From IMG/VR virus record IMGVR_UViG_3300010883_027240, positions 6,843 through 70,842 of that record: 64,000 nucleotides of DNA. One strand, given 5' to 3'. The stretch comes from a virus. Position 1 is the stretch's first letter; each line of letters begins with the position of its first letter. A program made the position numbers and the translations under genes. Positions 17,265 through 27,646 of this stretch are shown one piece after another. The notes beneath the pieces are model-generated. The model was given only the letters and a program-made list of their open reading frames with translations. It did no database searches and was not told the DNA's origin.

Positions 17265-19216
17265 GTTTTAAAAAGATAAAAAAAGCAATTGAAAATCCAG
17301 ATGTTATTGATAAAGAAGATTTATTAGATTTACAGCGCGTAATTGGAACACTCAAGTCAGAAGCTAGTTCAGGAACAGAAACACATACAGGCGTTGTACT
17401 CGAAGTAATATCAAACCCAGATAACTATCTTAAAAGACCTTTTTATGTAGCGGGCGCACAAGCAAAAATGTTAGTTGATCCACTTGACCCGGCTTCTTCT
17501 CAAGTAGACATTTTAGTAGGTGATGTTTTATCAGGAAGAGCAAAAAAAGACGAAGTGTCTGGAACACCACTTCAGACACTTTATATCAACTCATCAGCAA
17601 CAGATGTCATGCCTTTAAATTCTTGCATAGCATTTCTTTCTGATGACGTAGACGGCACAACAGCATCAAAACCTGTGTTATGCTATCCCTTTTTCCCACC
17701 TCACTTATCATTACCTTTGAAGCCTGGCGAACATATCTGGATTATGAAAGAAAGTTCAACCGTTGCTGATGCAAATTATTATTGGATGTGTAGGAAGCCT
17801 GCAATTAGACAAGTTGACGATTTAAATATTACTCATCATGAAAGAGAAAGAGAAGTTTCAAATGCTCTTACTTCATTGCACGCCCCCGGCTCACCTGGCG
17901 CGCCACTGAAAGATGAAAATATACATACAGTAAATAATTTTGGACCTGCCGCTGCCGGCAATTCATTTTCAATGGAAGAATTTGATAGGATTCACCAGGG
18001 GTCGGTGGCTTATAGAGAAGAGTTTACTGGCGAAGTAGTACCTAGACAAGCAAAGCGTTGCGGAGACTTGTTAATTCAAGGCTCGAATAATTCTCATATA
18101 ATGTTGGGAACTGAAAAGTTTCAAACTGCTAGGCTTTCTGTAAGAGGCGGAGGAAGCTTTGAAGATTCAGGACTAGATCCTACTGACATGACTCCTCACA
18201 GTTCTGCAGCGGACACAATTTCATCAAGAGGTCCTTTGGGACCTGCAATTGATATTTGTTTATTTAGAAAGTCAAGAGAAATTTTTGATATAAGAAATAC
18301 ACTTGTCCCGGCTGCAAGAGCTACTGATGCTAATGTAGTAGCATCTGAGCCTGGGACTGGACATGCAGGGTTAGGATACGGATTAGGTGCTGTTAAAGGA
18401 AAAAGAACAGGAACAGGAAAAAGGCTAGAGCATTTTGAAGTTGATAAAACAAGAGAGTTAAACAAAGATCGAGCAGATAACCTTTTTGTAACAGAACTAG
18501 AAGATAGTGATATCTACAATGTTATTGGTCGAATTTATATGTCAAATTTAAAAAATATTGACAAGCTTCTTCTCTTAGAACCTCATACAGGTGGAGGCAT
18601 GCCCGCTTGGGGTACAGGAAAGGGCATTCCTGAAGACTTGCTAAGCTTAGGAAACTTCGGGTCAACTGTCGTTATAGGACCAAATACACGTGTTATCGGT
18701 ACCGAGTCAGTTAAAATTCAGCAAATTAACTGCCAGGGATTAATACAAATTTCACAAGATGGTTCTATTGTTCTGGCTGCAGGAACTGGTACAGGGGACG
18801 CAACCCGAGGCAATGGTGCAAAAATAACACTTACTGCCGGAGGTGATATTATCCTATACGCCCCCGGACACATTAAATTAATTCCCGATGCAGGGTTTGT
18901 CCACTGCGGTGCAGATTTTGGTGCAACCGATGCCGGCGCAAAAGGAACAATTCCTGTGGGTGGTGTACCAGCCGGCGGCGGCGCATCAATTGGGGTAGGG
19001 TCAGGCGATGAAGCCGACGGCGATGGTCGCGGCAACCCGCTAGGTACAGGAATTGGTGTACCGACTAATCCTTTCCACGGATTTACACCTGAGGCATGTT
19101 TTACTTCAACTTCCGGAGAATTGGAAGAGTTTATTGGGGGTGTGCCTTTCCATTACCCAGGCAAGCCACCTCCAATGACATCAACTAGATACGCTAAGAA
19201 AGTTATAATGAGGTAA
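17261..19216 (+). CDS. Putative baseplate hub/central spike protein (gp5/VgrG-like)
   Basis: OB-fold-like PFFPPHLSLPLKPGEHIW..YYW, then GDLLIQGSNNSHIMLG and beta-repeat segments (IQISQDGSIVL, ITLTAGGDIIL). Lies upstream of gp25/gp6. Confidence 0.6.
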   Translation: MSFKKIKKAIENPDVIDKEDLLDLQRVIGTLKSEASSGTETHTGVVLEVISNPDNYLKRPFYVAGAQAKMLVDPLDPASSQVDILVGDVLSGRAKKDEVSGTPLQTLYINSSATDVMPLNSCIAFLSDDVDGTTASKPVLCYPFFPPHLSLPLKPGEHIWIMKESSTVADANYYWMCRKPAIRQVDDLNITHHEREREVSNALTSLHAPGSPGAPLKDENIHTVNNFGPAAAGNSFSMEEFDRIHQGSVAYREEFTGEVVPRQAKRCGDLLIQGSNNSHIMLGTEKFQTARLSVRGGGSFEDSGLDPTDMTPHSSAADTISSRGPLGPAIDICLFRKSREIFDIRNTLVPAARATDANVVASEPGTGHAGLGYGLGAVKGKRTGTGKRLEHFEVDKTRELNKDRADNLFVTELEDSDIYNVIGRIYMSNLKNIDKLLLLEPHTGGGMPAWGTGKGIPEDLLSLGNFGSTVVIGPNTRVIGTESVKIQQINCQGLIQISQDGSIVLAAGTGTGDATRGNGAKITLTAGGDIILYAPGHIKLIPDAGFVHCGADFGATDAGAKGTIPVGGVPAGGGASIGVGSGDEADGDGRGNPLGTGIGVPTNPFHGFTPEACFTSTSGELEEFIGGVPFHYPGKPPPMTSTRYAKKVIMR

Positions 19217-19220
19217 TGCT

Positions 19221-20186
19221 ATGGGAACTCTTACTTACTTGGAATTGATAGATCCAGAAAGTAATATATTTACAGAAAGGGTACAAGAAGCACTAAGGAC
19301 AGATGGCGATAGTGCTTCTTTAGGCGTTCCTGGTATCGCGGCAGTTGGTCCAGCTGCAGAGTTTCCTGTATGGTATACTGAAGAAAGTCTTGATCAAAAA
19401 GCTGATAATTTAGAATTTGCTACACAGCAAGCAGTATTTTGGAATGCCTTTCATTCTAGTACAATGGCAGCGCTCGATGTAATTCCAATGGCCGGTGCAC
19501 TAAACCCTTTTGGTGTTATTGATCCGACTTTTCCAATTCCAGCACCGAAAATAATTGCAATACTGACTGATCTTGGGATAGATCCAATCCCAGAGTGGTT
19601 GGAGACAAATTTGCCTGCACTTGCAACACCCGATCTTATTCCTGCATTTGCAGGCTTTGCTATATGCGAAAACGATAAGCTTGCAAAAGCTTTCGTTGAT
19701 ATTGATTCCACTTTAGATGAAGACACAGTAAAAGAAAAACTTTCAAATCATTGCGGCTTTAACATTCCAGAGCTCCCCAGTCTGGATTTTGAAATACCAA
19801 TACCAGGCCTAGATTTAGAACCCTTGTTTGGCCCACCAGAGTTTAACGGTCTTTTGTGGAAACTTATTGCAGTATTTGAAAAAATCCCAGGTCTCTTAAT
19901 CAGCTTCATGACGCCTTCTTTTGATTTAGCAGCAGAGCTCTTGAAAGGAATTCCTGGTTTTATTATGTGGATAATAGAATTTTTATTTGAGACAATTTTA
20001 GAGCTCTTCATGGCGGTCTTTGAGTTTCTTAAACAGTGTGTCATATTAATTGCTTGCGTAATTGTCTGGATTAAAGATGTCGTCGCAGCAATTGTAGTAT
20101 CAATAATAGGCTTTCTTGTAGGTCCTGGGCTCATAGTAACTTTTGCAGCTGTCTTACTAGGCTTGATAGGTCTTCCGGGTTTATAA
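19221..20186 (+). CDS. Pro-rich acidic protein with a strongly hydrophobic C-terminus (hypothetical)
   Basis: The last ~100 aa are amphipathic/hydrophobic helices (IVVSIIGFLVGPGLIVTFAAVLLGLIGLPGL). Confidence 0.7.
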   Translation: MGTLTYLELIDPESNIFTERVQEALRTDGDSASLGVPGIAAVGPAAEFPVWYTEESLDQKADNLEFATQQAVFWNAFHSSTMAALDVIPMAGALNPFGVIDPTFPIPAPKIIAILTDLGIDPIPEWLETNLPALATPDLIPAFAGFAICENDKLAKAFVDIDSTLDEDTVKEKLSNHCGFNIPELPSLDFEIPIPGLDLEPLFGPPEFNGLLWKLIAVFEKIPGLLISFMTPSFDLAAELLKGIPGFIMWIIEFLFETILELFMAVFEFLKQCVILIACVIVWIKDVVAAIVVSIIGFLVGPGLIVTFAAVLLGLIGLPGL

Positions 20187-20226
20187 ATACTTTAATTTAT
20201 AAACAAGCCACTTTTTAAAAAGAGTG

Positions 20227-20234
20227 ATATTTAT
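20227..20234 (+). promoter_or_regulatory. Candidate phage late promoter (ATATTTAT)
   Basis: An ATAnTTAT motif recurs 15-25 nt before structural gene starts in the rare intergenic gaps. Confidence 0.5.
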
Positions 20235-20249
20235 TAACAGGAAAATGTT

Positions 20250-20750
20250 ATGGGCAGTGATTTATTTAAATTTAAAAGTTCTGGCACAAGACGTACGGAC
20301 AGGCAGAACAAGCGCGCTGAGCGAATTACGCTAACACAAGACATAGGTATTAAAACACCCGTGTCAAACAAAACGGGCAGAACATTTTTTGATATGACAA
20401 CAGACGCACAAGTTCAACTTAAAGATAATATGAAAAACTTTATTATGACAAATGCCGGCGAAAGACTGGGTTTACCTCAATTTGGCGCAAATCTTTACCC
20501 GCTATTATTTGACTTTACGTCTAGAGAAGATTTTATTCAAGCAGCTACAAAAAATATAATAGAAGGCGCAGCAATATATTTTTCAGCAGTCCACATTGAG
20601 AATATAATAATTTTAGATGTTGATAGAAGTGAAATTGCTGAAATAAACAAAAAATCAATGGCAAAAGTAAAACTTAGGGTAGTTTTTGGCGTTCCCTCGC
20701 TACGAATAGCAAATTTGGCTGTAGACGTAATACTGGTTCCAGGAGGATAA
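20250..20750 (+). CDS. Baseplate wedge protein, gp25-like
   Basis: QLKDNMKNFIMTNAGERLGLPQFGANLYPLLFD is the gp25/GPW signature. Confidence 0.9.
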   Translation: MGSDLFKFKSSGTRRTDRQNKRAERITLTQDIGIKTPVSNKTGRTFFDMTTDAQVQLKDNMKNFIMTNAGERLGLPQFGANLYPLLFDFTSREDFIQAATKNIIEGAAIYFSAVHIENIIILDVDRSEIAEINKKSMAKVKLRVVFGVPSLRIANLAVDVILVPGG

Positions 20751-20751
20751 G

Positions 20752-22596
20752 TTGGCAAGAAATATTAAAAAAGAAGTAAGGGTTCACAAAGAAGTGAATT
20801 ATTCAAATAAAGACTTTGAAAGTCTTCGCCAAGACTTAAGAAGATATGCAGCAGTTCATTTTCCAAATGTCATTGTAGACACTAGCGATAGTTCTATGGC
20901 CGGCCTACTAATGGATTTAGCAGCATATGTTGGTGACAGCATGGCATATTATTTAGATCATCAATTTAATGAAAATTCTCTCGAGCGCGCAGTAGAAATA
21001 GAGAATATACAAAGGTTTGTTAGAGAGGCAGGAGTCGAAATTAGAGGTGCTTCAGCAGCAATTGCACCAATAAGAGTAACAATAATAGTGCCATCAACGT
21101 CAATAACGGGTGAGTACTTACCAAACAAAAGCTATCTACCTGTTATAAAAAGGGAGTCTGTTTTTACATCTACACCGGGCATAGACTTTTATTTACTTGA
21201 TGATATTGACTTTACAGCGACTGACATAAACGGTGATATCAAAGCAACAATTGAAATAAACAGAACATCAAATAATCGCCCGGTAGACTTTTTATTAACA
21301 TTACCAGGATTTGTAACATCAGCAAAGTCAGATACACAAGTTGTCCCTATGGGCAGTACATTTAAACCATTTAGATCTATAACATTATCGAGCCAGAATA
21401 TTCATGAGATTATTAGTGTAAAGGACTCTGACGGTGACGAGTACTACGAAGTCGAATCCTTGACTCAAAGTACAGTATTTCAAAGAATGGTAAATTCAAG
21501 AGGTGACTCAGAACAGTCTCCTGAGCGTCTTAAGCTTGCGCATGCCCCTAAGCGTTTTATGAGAAATAGGGATGCAACAAGCGGCCTAACATCATTAAGA
21601 TTTGGGTCAGGAAATGAAAATGTTTTTGATGAAGACATTATTCCAGATCCCTCAGACCACGCTATAAGGCTGTTTGGTGATAAGAAAACATTAAACAAGA
21701 TAACAATCGATCCAAATAGTTTTCTTACAACACAGACATTAGGGATAAGCCCAACAAATACAACCTTAACAGTGAGATATCGCCATGGCGGGGGATTGAG
21801 TCATAATGTAGACGTATCTCAAATAAATGGAGTAAGAACGTTAATAACTAATTTTAAATCTTCAGTGCCTACTTCAATTGCAACTAGTATTAGAGCATCT
21901 ATGGGGATACTTAATACTTCACCTGCTGCCGGCGGTGAAGATGAACCATCGATTGAAGAATTGAGGGGAATAGCTTTGTTTAATAAAAACGCGCAAAACA
22001 GAGTTGTAACAAGGGAAGATTTAATTGCAAGAGTATATTCAATGCCTGCAAACTTTGGTAGAGTTTTTAGAGTTGCTGTAAGAGACAATCCAAACAATCC
22101 ACAAGCAGCAGAGCTTTATGTAGTATCTAGAAACAACTTGGGAAATTTAACAATGTCTTCAGACACACTTAAGCAAAGCTTGTCAAGGTATCTGAGCAAG
22201 TTTAGATTAATATCAGATGCTGTAGACATGCTCGATGCAAAAATTATCAACATAGGAATAAGATACAAAGTTACAATAGATCCAACTGCTAATTCAGACG
22301 TAGTACTAGCTTCAATAAATAAAAAACTTGCTAAATATACAGAGTTGAAGAATTTTCACATAGATCAACCAATAAGTATGGGTGATCTTGAAAATATGAT
22401 ATTAAACACTCAAGATGTAGTTAATATAATTTCACTTAGATTCTTTGGCAGGTTTGGTGTGCAGGATGGTAACGTATATTCAGGCTTTGCTTTTAGTCCA
22501 AGAAGGTTCATCGATAGAGGCTATCTATTTCCACCTCGAGGCGGAATTTTTGAACTAAAGTATCCTGATCAAGATATCATAGGAAGGATTTCGTAA
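20752..22596 (+). CDS. Baseplate wedge subunit, gp6/baseplate-J-like
   Basis: KDFESLR..L, DLAAYVGD..YYLD.Q.NE, LRFGSG, VRYRHGGG and AAGGEDE...QNRVVTREDL. Confidence 0.9.
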   Translation: MARNIKKEVRVHKEVNYSNKDFESLRQDLRRYAAVHFPNVIVDTSDSSMAGLLMDLAAYVGDSMAYYLDHQFNENSLERAVEIENIQRFVREAGVEIRGASAAIAPIRVTIIVPSTSITGEYLPNKSYLPVIKRESVFTSTPGIDFYLLDDIDFTATDINGDIKATIEINRTSNNRPVDFLLTLPGFVTSAKSDTQVVPMGSTFKPFRSITLSSQNIHEIISVKDSDGDEYYEVESLTQSTVFQRMVNSRGDSEQSPERLKLAHAPKRFMRNRDATSGLTSLRFGSGNENVFDEDIIPDPSDHAIRLFGDKKTLNKITIDPNSFLTTQTLGISPTNTTLTVRYRHGGGLSHNVDVSQINGVRTLITNFKSSVPTSIATSIRASMGILNTSPAAGGEDEPSIEELRGIALFNKNAQNRVVTREDLIARVYSMPANFGRVFRVAVRDNPNNPQAAELYVVSRNNLGNLTMSSDTLKQSLSRYLSKFRLISDAVDMLDAKIINIGIRYKVTIDPTANSDVVLASINKKLAKYTELKNFHIDQPISMGDLENMILNTQDVVNIISLRFFGRFGVQDGNVYSGFAFSPRRFIDRGYLFPPRGGIFELKYPDQDIIGRIS

Positions 22597-24134
22597 TGCA
22601 TAGAATTTTATCTGCTTCTAAAGATACATACATAACTAATAAAGTGATCAATAATAACTTTAGAGCAACCGACGCAAACGTAGGACAAGCAGGTACTCTT
22701 GATCTTTTTAAGCTTTATGAAGAGTCAACGTGGGTATCTGGTTCAACAAAAGTAACGGGATCTGTTAAAGAAATTTCTAGAATCTTGCTGAAGTTTGACT
22801 TAAGTGCTATTAATAGAATGCAAGCTGCCGGAAAGATTGATATGAACAGCAGCAATTTTATTTGCAATTTAAAATTACACGATGTTTATGGCGGACAGAC
22901 AACACCAGATAAATTTAACATAATTGTGTTTCCTCTTTCTAAATCTTTTGATGAAGGCTCTGGATACGATGTTAAAATGTTTCAAGACTTAGACGTAGTT
23001 AATTTTATAACTGCATCATATAAAAATGGTATTCTGTCAAAATGGAACTTACCCGGCGCCATGGCTTCCGGGACACTAAATGAAAACAATATTGATGTGA
23101 TATCAAGCGGCACAATTGCAGGCCCTGCGGGCAGCGCTTTAACGTCACTGAGCCCAATTCAGTATTTTGAAAACGGAACAGAAGATTTAGAAATTAACAT
23201 TACTAAAATAATATCAGGAACTGTCTCTGGGCAAATTCCTGACTTAGGGCTACTTGTAGCATTTTCTGGATCGTATGAAACAGACAGAAATACTTACTTT
23301 GTTAAGCGATTTGCGTCTAGAAATTCTGCGAATACAGCAATAAGACCAAAAATTATTGTTAAGTATGACGACAGTATACATGATAATCATGAAGACTTTA
23401 TTTTTGATAGTACAGGATCACTTTACTTAAATAATTTTTCTTTTGACAGTACATCAAATATAAGAACTGGGCTTGGCGGCACAGAGTTGACTGGTGGAAA
23501 TGTAATGGTATTAAAGTTAACAACGGGCAGTTTTAAGAAAACATTTAATGTTTCACAAGCTTTAAGGGGTGATAACAAAATAACAGGACTTTACTCTTCA
23601 TCATTTGCAATAAGTAGTTTTGAGACAGACTTGCGATCGCACATACTTGCATCCGGCAGTGTAACATTCGATCAGGTTTGGTCAAATTCAGCAGAGACAA
23701 TTACTTACTTGTCATCTTCATTAATTGTAAAACCTAATAAGCGGACTGCATTTGACAACTTTCATCAAAATCTACTAGTAACTGTTACAAACTTAAGAGA
23801 GTCATATAAGACAGGTGACGTTATTAAATTAAGAGTATTCTCTGAAGATAGAGAACGAGATATTAAATTTAAAAAATTACCATATGAGAAAAAATCACAA
23901 GTCTATCATCAAATGTTCTATCGAGTAAGAGACTTTAAATCAGGTGACATATTGATTAATTTTGATACAAAGTATAATTCAACAAGGCTGTCAACAGACT
24001 CTGGCGGCATGTATTTTGAATTTTATGTCGATTCTTTACCAATAGGTCGAACATACGTTTTTGATTTTTTAATTAAGAAAAATGGATTTGATACAGTTAT
24101 CACAGACGCCGCGTCAAAATTTAGGGTTGAGTGA
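22596..24134 (+). CDS. Virion structural protein (beta-rich, baseplate-associated)
   Basis: SKDTYITN...SRILLKFDL...RPKIIVKYDD; S/T/G-rich; translationally coupled to the gp6-like gene. Confidence 0.65.
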   Translation: MHRILSASKDTYITNKVINNNFRATDANVGQAGTLDLFKLYEESTWVSGSTKVTGSVKEISRILLKFDLSAINRMQAAGKIDMNSSNFICNLKLHDVYGGQTTPDKFNIIVFPLSKSFDEGSGYDVKMFQDLDVVNFITASYKNGILSKWNLPGAMASGTLNENNIDVISSGTIAGPAGSALTSLSPIQYFENGTEDLEINITKIISGTVSGQIPDLGLLVAFSGSYETDRNTYFVKRFASRNSANTAIRPKIIVKYDDSIHDNHEDFIFDSTGSLYLNNFSFDSTSNIRTGLGGTELTGGNVMVLKLTTGSFKKTFNVSQALRGDNKITGLYSSSFAISSFETDLRSHILASGSVTFDQVWSNSAETITYLSSSLIVKPNKRTAFDNFHQNLLVTVTNLRESYKTGDVIKLRVFSEDRERDIKFKKLPYEKKSQVYHQMFYRVRDFKSGDILINFDTKYNSTRLSTDSGGMYFEFYVDSLPIGRTYVFDFLIKKNGFDTVITDAASKFRVE

Positions 24135-27100
24135 TGGGAAAAAAGAAACTTTTAGATAGAAGTATTCCTTCTACACTTTTTAAACCTAAATTTAGAAATA
24201 GTGACGATATATCTGCAGATCAATTCTTAAAGCCTGCACAGAATATTAATAAAAATAATATGCTGTTAAAAGACACAGATATTCAAAGTTCTAGCTCTTA
24301 TAGATACGGAGATAAAAAAGTTCTTGTATCTACGCAACAACTTAGAACAGATTTTTCAAAATTTCAAAATCATACTTTTTTCCATTCAGCAGTTGCAAAA
24401 GTAAACGAAGCAATGGATAAAATAGTTAACTTCTATCCGATAGATGGAACTAAAAAAGAATTTGAAAAATATGAAGATAATTTAACTGGATATGAAAAAT
24501 ACGTACTTGATAATTTTCCTAAAAACATAGGCTATTTAAATTTTTCAGGTACAAAGACGGGAGAAGTGGGTGGTACAGGAACTTCAATTACTGTTCTAGA
24601 TAGTGAAGGTACAATGTACAAAGAACTTTCTTCTAAAATAACAGCAAGAGCAGTACTTGATCCAAAAACTAGCCCATTCTCAATAAGTTTTCATTGCAAG
24701 CTTCCTGCAATTGCAAATGACAATCAAGTTATTTTTCAAAAAAGAGGAACACTTGCAAATAACTTTACCTTGATACTTTCTGAGTCAAGTTCTACGGAGA
24801 AAGCTAGCCTAGTATTTGGAATAACATCAGGATCGCAATATTCATTTGTTACTAGTTCTATTAGAAAAGGATCGTTTACTAATGTATCAGTAGTTTACGA
24901 CCCAGATGGCGACGGAAAGACAAAAATCTGTGTGGGCGATACATTTGTATCTTCAAGTATGACAACTTTTTTTGATAATCTTTATTATGATGCAGCAGAC
25001 TTTACAATAGGCACGGGCAGCCAAGTAAGATTAAACAATGTATTATTTGATCAAAAAGAGACTTTTTCAGGATCGATAGACGAATTACGGTATGAACACA
25101 AAGCAATAAACATTAAAGATATAGAAGACACGCGTTACGAAACAATTTATTCTTCTGACGATTTAAAACTTTACTTTAAGTTCAACGAACCAAACGGTAC
25201 CTTTAGGGGTAAAAAGATGGTTCTAGATAGTTCAAAGTCTGGTTTGCACTCAAAAATTCACAACTATATCGACACGCACACAAGAGTAACTGGTTCTGAT
25301 GTACCTGTAAAAAATGAATTAATTGAAAGATCTCCAATACTCTTTCCAGACTTTGCAAACGTAACTACATTAAACACCACTTTGTTTGCGTCAGCAAGTA
25401 TGTATGATTCAGTAAATCCTAACTTAATAACTAAATTAGTTCCTCCTCACTATTTTTTGGAAGCAAACGACGAAGAAGGATTTACAAAAGTACTAGGAAA
25501 TTTAAGCGATAAATTTACAACAGTTACAAATAATTTTCCTAATAAACAAACCTCAGAAATACCAAGTGCTGCACTCATGGTTAAGTTTTTACTATCTTGG
25601 GCGAAACTTTTTGACGAACTTAAGCTTCTAATAGATGCTGTAACTGCAATAAAGCACACAGACTACGAAGAGCTTGAAACAACACCAGACGTATTTCTCG
25701 AAGAGCGAGCAAGACAATTAAATTTGTTATTGCCACCTCTTTTTGCAAATGCAAACTTTTCTCAATTACTTTCTGGAATAAATCTTACTGAAGACTATGA
25801 AAATGGTGTACAGTCACTAAATCAAATAAAAAACTTAGTCTGGAGAAGAATTATATCAGACGCCACACACTTAAAAACATCAAAAGGTACTATAGACTCA
25901 ATTAAAAGTGTATTTAGATCAGCCGGTATTGAACCTGATAATATTCTAACATTTAGAGAGTATGGCGGTGCAAAAGCAAGATCTCTTGAAACTTCAAGAG
26001 AAATAAAGCTTGATGTGCTTGGTTTTATTAATTTTTCAGGTTCTATCGGCGCAGCAGTAACACCGCTAGACTATCAAGGTTTTCCAACATCACAAAACCC
26101 AAAGCTTAAATCAAGCTTTTTAAGTGCTTCAAGAATTGAAGTTGGAAACCCTCTGATAGACGGCACGATGATTGCTAGTAGTGACAAATTTATGCACGGC
26201 ATAAGTAATGATGCAAGTGACGGTCTTCTTACAAGCGGTTCTTTCACATATGAGGGACTATACTCTTGGGATAACTATCGAGGAAGAGAAGAGAGTTTAG
26301 TTAGGCTAAACACAACAGGCTCTGGGACAGCGGCTTCAAGAGGCGCAGTTATAACAAACTTAGTTGCATCAGATCAAAAAGTATCTTTATTCATTAGAGA
26401 CTCGCGGTCAGCCTCAGCTGGAATTGTAAACCAGCTTTTTTTAACGGGGGTAAATATTTTTGATAAAGATGAATGGCATGTATCTTTTGGTAGACAAAAT
26501 GTACATGATAACGCATCAAAAAATAGATCCACATACTTTTTAAGAGCAATAAAACAGGAAAACGGAGAGATGATACATTATCACAATACATCATCACACT
26601 TTGTCAACTCCTCAGACAGTAATTTTGACAATGTCACAACAGCATATAATACTTCTGGTTCTTTTTTAACAATAGGTTATCAGTCTTTTCTAGGCGGCTC
26701 AGCAGGCAGATTCTTGAATGCATCTGCATTCTCAGATACACTCTTCCAGTCATCAAGTTTTACCGGCCATGTATCTGGATTTAAGTTTTGGTCAAAAGCA
26801 CTTACAGAGAATGAATCGAAGAATCATGCAAAAAATCCACTTTCTCACGGTGTGCTAGATCCAAAAGTAAATTATAACTTTACAGAAACAACAACAGGCT
26901 CTTTTGAAAGAATAAGGTTAAGGACAGATCCCAAGCAATCAACAACAGGATCTGACACTTCAGGCAATATTACAATATTTGACTTTTCACAAAACAGTAA
27001 TCACATTATGGGATCGGGATTCGAACCAAGTATAACTGTAATGAAACCTAGACAAGTAATGTTTGAGATGTTGTCAGATAAGTTTGATTTAAATATTGCA

Positions 27101-27637
27101 AAAACAAAAATTAGAGTAAGAAGCTATCAAAATGACGATCTTTTTGATGAAGCAGGATATGCAACAACAGCGCCAGTTTACAGTACACCCTTAAATGAAG
27201 AGGTCGTAGATGATAACAGATTTTCAATAGACATGTCACTACAAAAAGGCCTTAATGAAAATATAATGAGAATGTTTTCAGACTTTTCAGCACTTGATGA
27301 CGCATTGGGCCGGCCAAATAATCTATTTGGTGCTTCATATAAAGATTTAGAGCAACTTAGAAAAGTATACTTTAATAATGTTTTAGAAAAAACAGATCTT
27401 GGTAAATTTAGAAATATATTTAAATGGATTGATAATTCATTCACTGATCTTGTTTTTTCTTTGATACCTAGATCTACAAACTTCATGGGAATAAACTTTA
27501 TTTATGAATCACATGTTTTAGAAAGACACAAGCTTAAGTATCTTTTTGATGAAATATATTTAAAAGCGTTACCAAGAAGCTCAGATAGAGGCAACTTGCT
27601 ATTGAGTCAGTTTGTTGCTAAAGTTAAAAAGTATTAG
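24131..27637 (+). CDS. Large baseplate/virion protein with LamG/ConA-like domains
   Basis: FSISF..K, FSGSIDELRY, LKLYFKFNE, WHVSF and FTGHVSGFKFWSKALT. KTSKGTIDSIK resembles a wedge/tail-protein-I motif. Confidence 0.7.
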   Translation: MMGKKKLLDRSIPSTLFKPKFRNSDDISADQFLKPAQNINKNNMLLKDTDIQSSSSYRYGDKKVLVSTQQLRTDFSKFQNHTFFHSAVAKVNEAMDKIVNFYPIDGTKKEFEKYEDNLTGYEKYVLDNFPKNIGYLNFSGTKTGEVGGTGTSITVLDSEGTMYKELSSKITARAVLDPKTSPFSISFHCKLPAIANDNQVIFQKRGTLANNFTLILSESSSTEKASLVFGITSGSQYSFVTSSIRKGSFTNVSVVYDPDGDGKTKICVGDTFVSSSMTTFFDNLYYDAADFTIGTGSQVRLNNVLFDQKETFSGSIDELRYEHKAINIKDIEDTRYETIYSSDDLKLYFKFNEPNGTFRGKKMVLDSSKSGLHSKIHNYIDTHTRVTGSDVPVKNELIERSPILFPDFANVTTLNTTLFASASMYDSVNPNLITKLVPPHYFLEANDEEGFTKVLGNLSDKFTTVTNNFPNKQTSEIPSAALMVKFLLSWAKLFDELKLLIDAVTAIKHTDYEELETTPDVFLEERARQLNLLLPPLFANANFSQLLSGINLTEDYENGVQSLNQIKNLVWRRIISDATHLKTSKGTIDSIKSVFRSAGIEPDNILTFREYGGAKARSLETSREIKLDVLGFINFSGSIGAAVTPLDYQGFPTSQNPKLKSSFLSASRIEVGNPLIDGTMIASSDKFMHGISNDASDGLLTSGSFTYEGLYSWDNYRGREESLVRLNTTGSGTAASRGAVITNLVASDQKVSLFIRDSRSASAGIVNQLFLTGVNIFDKDEWHVSFGRQNVHDNASKNRSTYFLRAIKQENGEMIHYHNTSSHFVNSSDSNFDNVTTAYNTSGSFLTIGYQSFLGGSAGRFLNASAFSDTLFQSSSFTGHVSGFKFWSKALTENESKNHAKNPLSHGVLDPKVNYNFTETTTGSFERIRLRTDPKQSTTGSDTSGNITIFDFSQNSNHIMGSGFEPSITVMKPRQVMFEMLSDKFDLNIAKTKIRVRSYQNDDLFDEAGYATTAPVYSTPLNEEVVDDNRFSIDMSLQKGLNENIMRMFSDFSALDDALGRPNNLFGASYKDLEQLRKVYFNNVLEKTDLGKFRNIFKWIDNSFTDLVFSLIPRSTNFMGINFIYESHVLERHKLKYLFDEIYLKALPRSSDRGNLLLSQFVAKVKKY

Positions 27638-27646
27638 GGGTTAATT

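Noticed and set aside
20182-20226. T4-type TATAAATA and an imperfect hairpin CACTTTTTAAAAAGAGTG
   Set aside because: TATAAATA overlaps a stop codon and was not seen before other late genes; the hairpin is AT-rich and too weak to call a terminator.
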